Part shown: in pieces, positions 7,831 through 8,422 of the stretch
Layout of the letters: the number at the start of each line of letters is the position of its first letter
How positions within the stretch are numbered: the first letter of the stretch is position 1
Origin: Octopus sinensis
Lineage: Eukaryota
DNA: 8,422 nucleotides
NCBI RefSeq assembly: GCF_006345805.1
Contig: NW_021828390.1
Span: 1-8,422, forward strand
Reading direction: 5' to 3'
The notes under the pieces: model-generated
What the model saw: the letters and a program-made list of their open reading frames with translations, nothing else
The model's database searches: none
Told to the model about the DNA's origin: nothing
Program-made: the position numbers and the translations under genes

Positions 7831-8272
7831 ATATCTGCGCGAGTATTAGGTTTAGCTGGATTAAGCTTAACGCTATAAACTGTGTATGATGAGATATGAC
7901 TGCGAGCCGAGGATGGTAGGTTTGGGGTGAGGTGTCGCTCGGTGTATTTTATATTGTGAGACATTTATGTGGAAGAATTTCCAGAGAACACTTAAATACG
8001 ATATAATTCGGTGATAATGTCTTCTATGTATTCACGGCAGCCAATAAACAAGAGAGAAACTTGAATATCAATGAAGTTGCTGGGTTCTTTCCGTACAAGC
8101 ATCCCTAATAAAAATTCAAATAACTTTGGCCATCAATAATCGCTAAATACTTATTAACTGACATAGATATGAGTTTGTGTTTTAGGTGGAGCTTACTTAA
8201 GTTGTCGCCGTGAAGATCTTTGGTATGGCGCCGATATTATCGAAGTCGTTGTCACTGCCATTGTTGCTACTG

Positions 8273-8293
8273 TTGTTTGTTTGTTTGTTTGTT
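8273..8293. repeat. (TTTG)n microsatellite
   Basis: Direct reading. Confidence 0.9.
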
Positions 8294-8422
8294 GAGCGAA
8301 GCGGTCTTTGTCCCAGAGCTCGCAAGATCGCGCCTCAGGATTGTCTGTAGAGGGAGAAGTCCGAAACGTGGTCCTTTGCTATTTCGTAAGACCCGCAGAA
8401 GAGAAAGCAGGTCAACCCCACC
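8294..8422 (+). mobile_element. GC-rich probable repeat fragment running off the window end, containing a degenerate hammerhead-like motif
   Basis: Abrupt GC/CpG rise after (TTTG)n; CUGUAGA-G-GGA-GAAG-UCC-GAAAC at 8345-8367. Confidence 0.35.

Noticed and set aside
947-8000. ORF-track entries rich in I, L, Y, H, T, MYVC or YI repeats
   Set aside because: They are read-throughs of microsatellites with no domain signal.
8150-8228. 37 nt exon candidate (8186-8222) with TTTTAG acceptor and TG|GTATGG donor, peptide GAYLSCRREDL
   Set aside because: Plausible signals, but no homology or neighbouring exons support it.

Overview
AT-rich, repeat-dominated eukaryotic DNA with no intact protein-coding gene. 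The SINE families, dense (AAT)n/(ACAT)n/(GATA)n/(TA)n microsatellites and mariner relics resemble an octopus/cephalopod genome (inference from remembered repeat families, not a search). Most ORF-track entries are microsatellite read-throughs. Real homology signals: an internally deleted DD34D mariner transposase relic (4907-5462, minus); a TA-flanked mariner MITE (5994-6439) carrying a nested fragment that resembles the C-terminus of an RLE-type non-LTR retrotransposon; several tRNA-derived SINEs; a 549 bp element inside an (AAT)n array; a 143 bp near-perfect hairpin MITE; a possible 62 bp mini-Helitron. The most interesting object is at 7308-7606: a Pol III tRNA-like head joined through (AAT)n to a minimal type I hammerhead-ribozyme fold of the Penelope type. 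A second, more degenerate hammerhead-like motif lies at 8337-8375.
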